Shown here: one piece after another, positions 62,472 to 64,000 of the stretch | Numbering within the stretch: the stretch's first letter is position 1 | Layout: every line of letters begins with the position of its first letter | Assembly (NCBI GenBank): GCA_951406725.2 | Contig: OX597816.1 | Span: 94,674,001 to 94,738,000 of the forward strand | Reading direction: 5' to 3' | Length of the DNA stretch: 64,000 bases | Source: Octopus vulgaris | Taxonomy: Eukaryota | The notes under the pieces: generated by a model | What the model was told of the DNA's origin: nothing | The model's database searches: none | What the model saw: the letters and a program-made list of their open reading frames with translations, nothing else | Made by a program: the position numbers and the translations under genes

Positions 62472-64000
62472 CAGCACAACATGTATTTATAGTGAATGTA
62501 TAATGAAATGTGAAAATTGACGATTTAAAGTCTGTTCTCAACATATTGGCAGAGAAATAATTTTTCTTCTGCCCTTGTTTATAAATAGATTGATAGATAT
62601 GTGCAAACATTTTTACAGGCATAACCATGACATGTTACTTGTGTGAAAATTAGGTTGATAGATGTAATCAATCGAGAAAATACCTTACATTAATTTCTTT
62701 AAGTTGCATCATTAACAAATCTTTATTTTGTTGGTATAAGAAGACTGTGGAGAAAGTGATAGCTGAAGCTTTGATTGGTTTATTGCTAAAGAAGAGCTTA
62801 AAAAGTTTTAATTTTTTTATGCAGAGTATTAGAACTGATTAATTGTTGGTAGTAATTTATGTAGTGGTATGTATCATTTTAGAAGTTACTCATCCACTTG
62901 TAGTAAATAGTGAAATCACATAATAATGAAGTAGGAGAGTACTTCATTGTATAGAATGTATAGATTAGATTGAATTTCTAGGTATAAAGTATATCTTACA
63001 CCATTGACAATGTGCTTTTTTGGTCAACAAATACAGAAACCAAGTATATGAGGAAAGAGTTAGAAAGCCAATGCTTTGACAGAGTTCGTTAACGAAACAT
63101 ACATATAGGGAACATACACATAAAATTGTTCTGGAATGTGATAAAGGTCACCATACATTATTATCATTATTATTATTATTATTAAAATAGTTCTACTATT
63201 CTGACAGAAATAGTAATAACAACAACAAGGTTTCAAGTCTAGCTGATATTAGCTGTAAAGCAGAATTTACAGAATTTCTTGTCTAACTGAACAGACAGCT
63301 ACTTGACACCTAGGTTAAAAAATACAAAGTTTTCTCATCTGGTCTCTGCTAGCTCCTACTCTGTCTCACCAAACCACAATTTAATAAATGTTCACAAGTG
63401 AAAGGGCAAAAAGGGAACTGAAGTATATCAGTTGAATAGTAAGGAAAAAATTAATGATTATATATAGGAGTATAAAGTTGAGTCAGTCAGTAAAATGCCT
63501 GAAAATACTGACATTGAATTCAGAATTGTCACTGAATAAAGAGAAAATTCTGGCCATTAGTGACGAGAATTATCTACAATATCATGACAAAACCGGTTCA
63601 ATTTGACAAAACTCTATAATATTCTATGCTAGTTGTATTACTCGGGATTATAAATGCTAATGGCATCAATTAAGTATTTAATTTAAACCATATAACTTAA
63701 GTGTTCAGAACTGCAAATATGCAATTGTGTATTATTGTCACAGAGAGATAGTTAAATAAGTGTGGTAGGTAGGTGAGTTGGTTACATCTAAATGTAATGA
63801 GATACTACAATTTTATTGCTGCTTACAGCTCTACACATCATAGGAGATTTTTTTTTTTCCGGAAAAGTGAGTCTGATAGTCATTACAATCCAGCAGAATC
63901 AATCGTTGAAAGGTGTTGGTCCAATATTAGTGATGGAAATGATAACAACAGCAATGGTAGATTCAACAGCAAGAGTAACAGCAGCTTTGTTACTACCTAC

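Overview
AT-rich, microsatellite- and retroposon-dense animal genomic DNA; the repeat content suggests an octopus or other coleoid cephalopod (inference). Positions 93-42888 (+) hold 18 coding exons of one BLTP3 / UHRF1BP1(L) / SHIP164 bridge-like lipid-transfer gene. All introns are GT-AG with consistent phases, giving about 1473 codons in the window; the first coding exon lies upstream. The introns carry a hAT element, two mariner remnants, piggyBac- and Tc1-type non-autonomous elements, Tx1/CR1/RTE LINE fragments, several SINE families and three long fold-back hairpins. The most striking feature is a cluster at 49.2-53.3 kb: three unrelated short non-coding elements, each built around a type I hammerhead-ribozyme motif with a palindromic stem III and arranged as tandem and/or inverted units (about 357 and 365 nt for two of them). 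This is the architecture of Penelope pseudo-LTRs and non-autonomous retrozymes. A tRNA-headed SINE with a degenerate hammerhead core (10.3-10.6 kb) and a decayed Penelope RT/GIY-YIG remnant (60.7-61.7 kb) fit the same picture. All calls were made by eye; no searches or folding programs were run.
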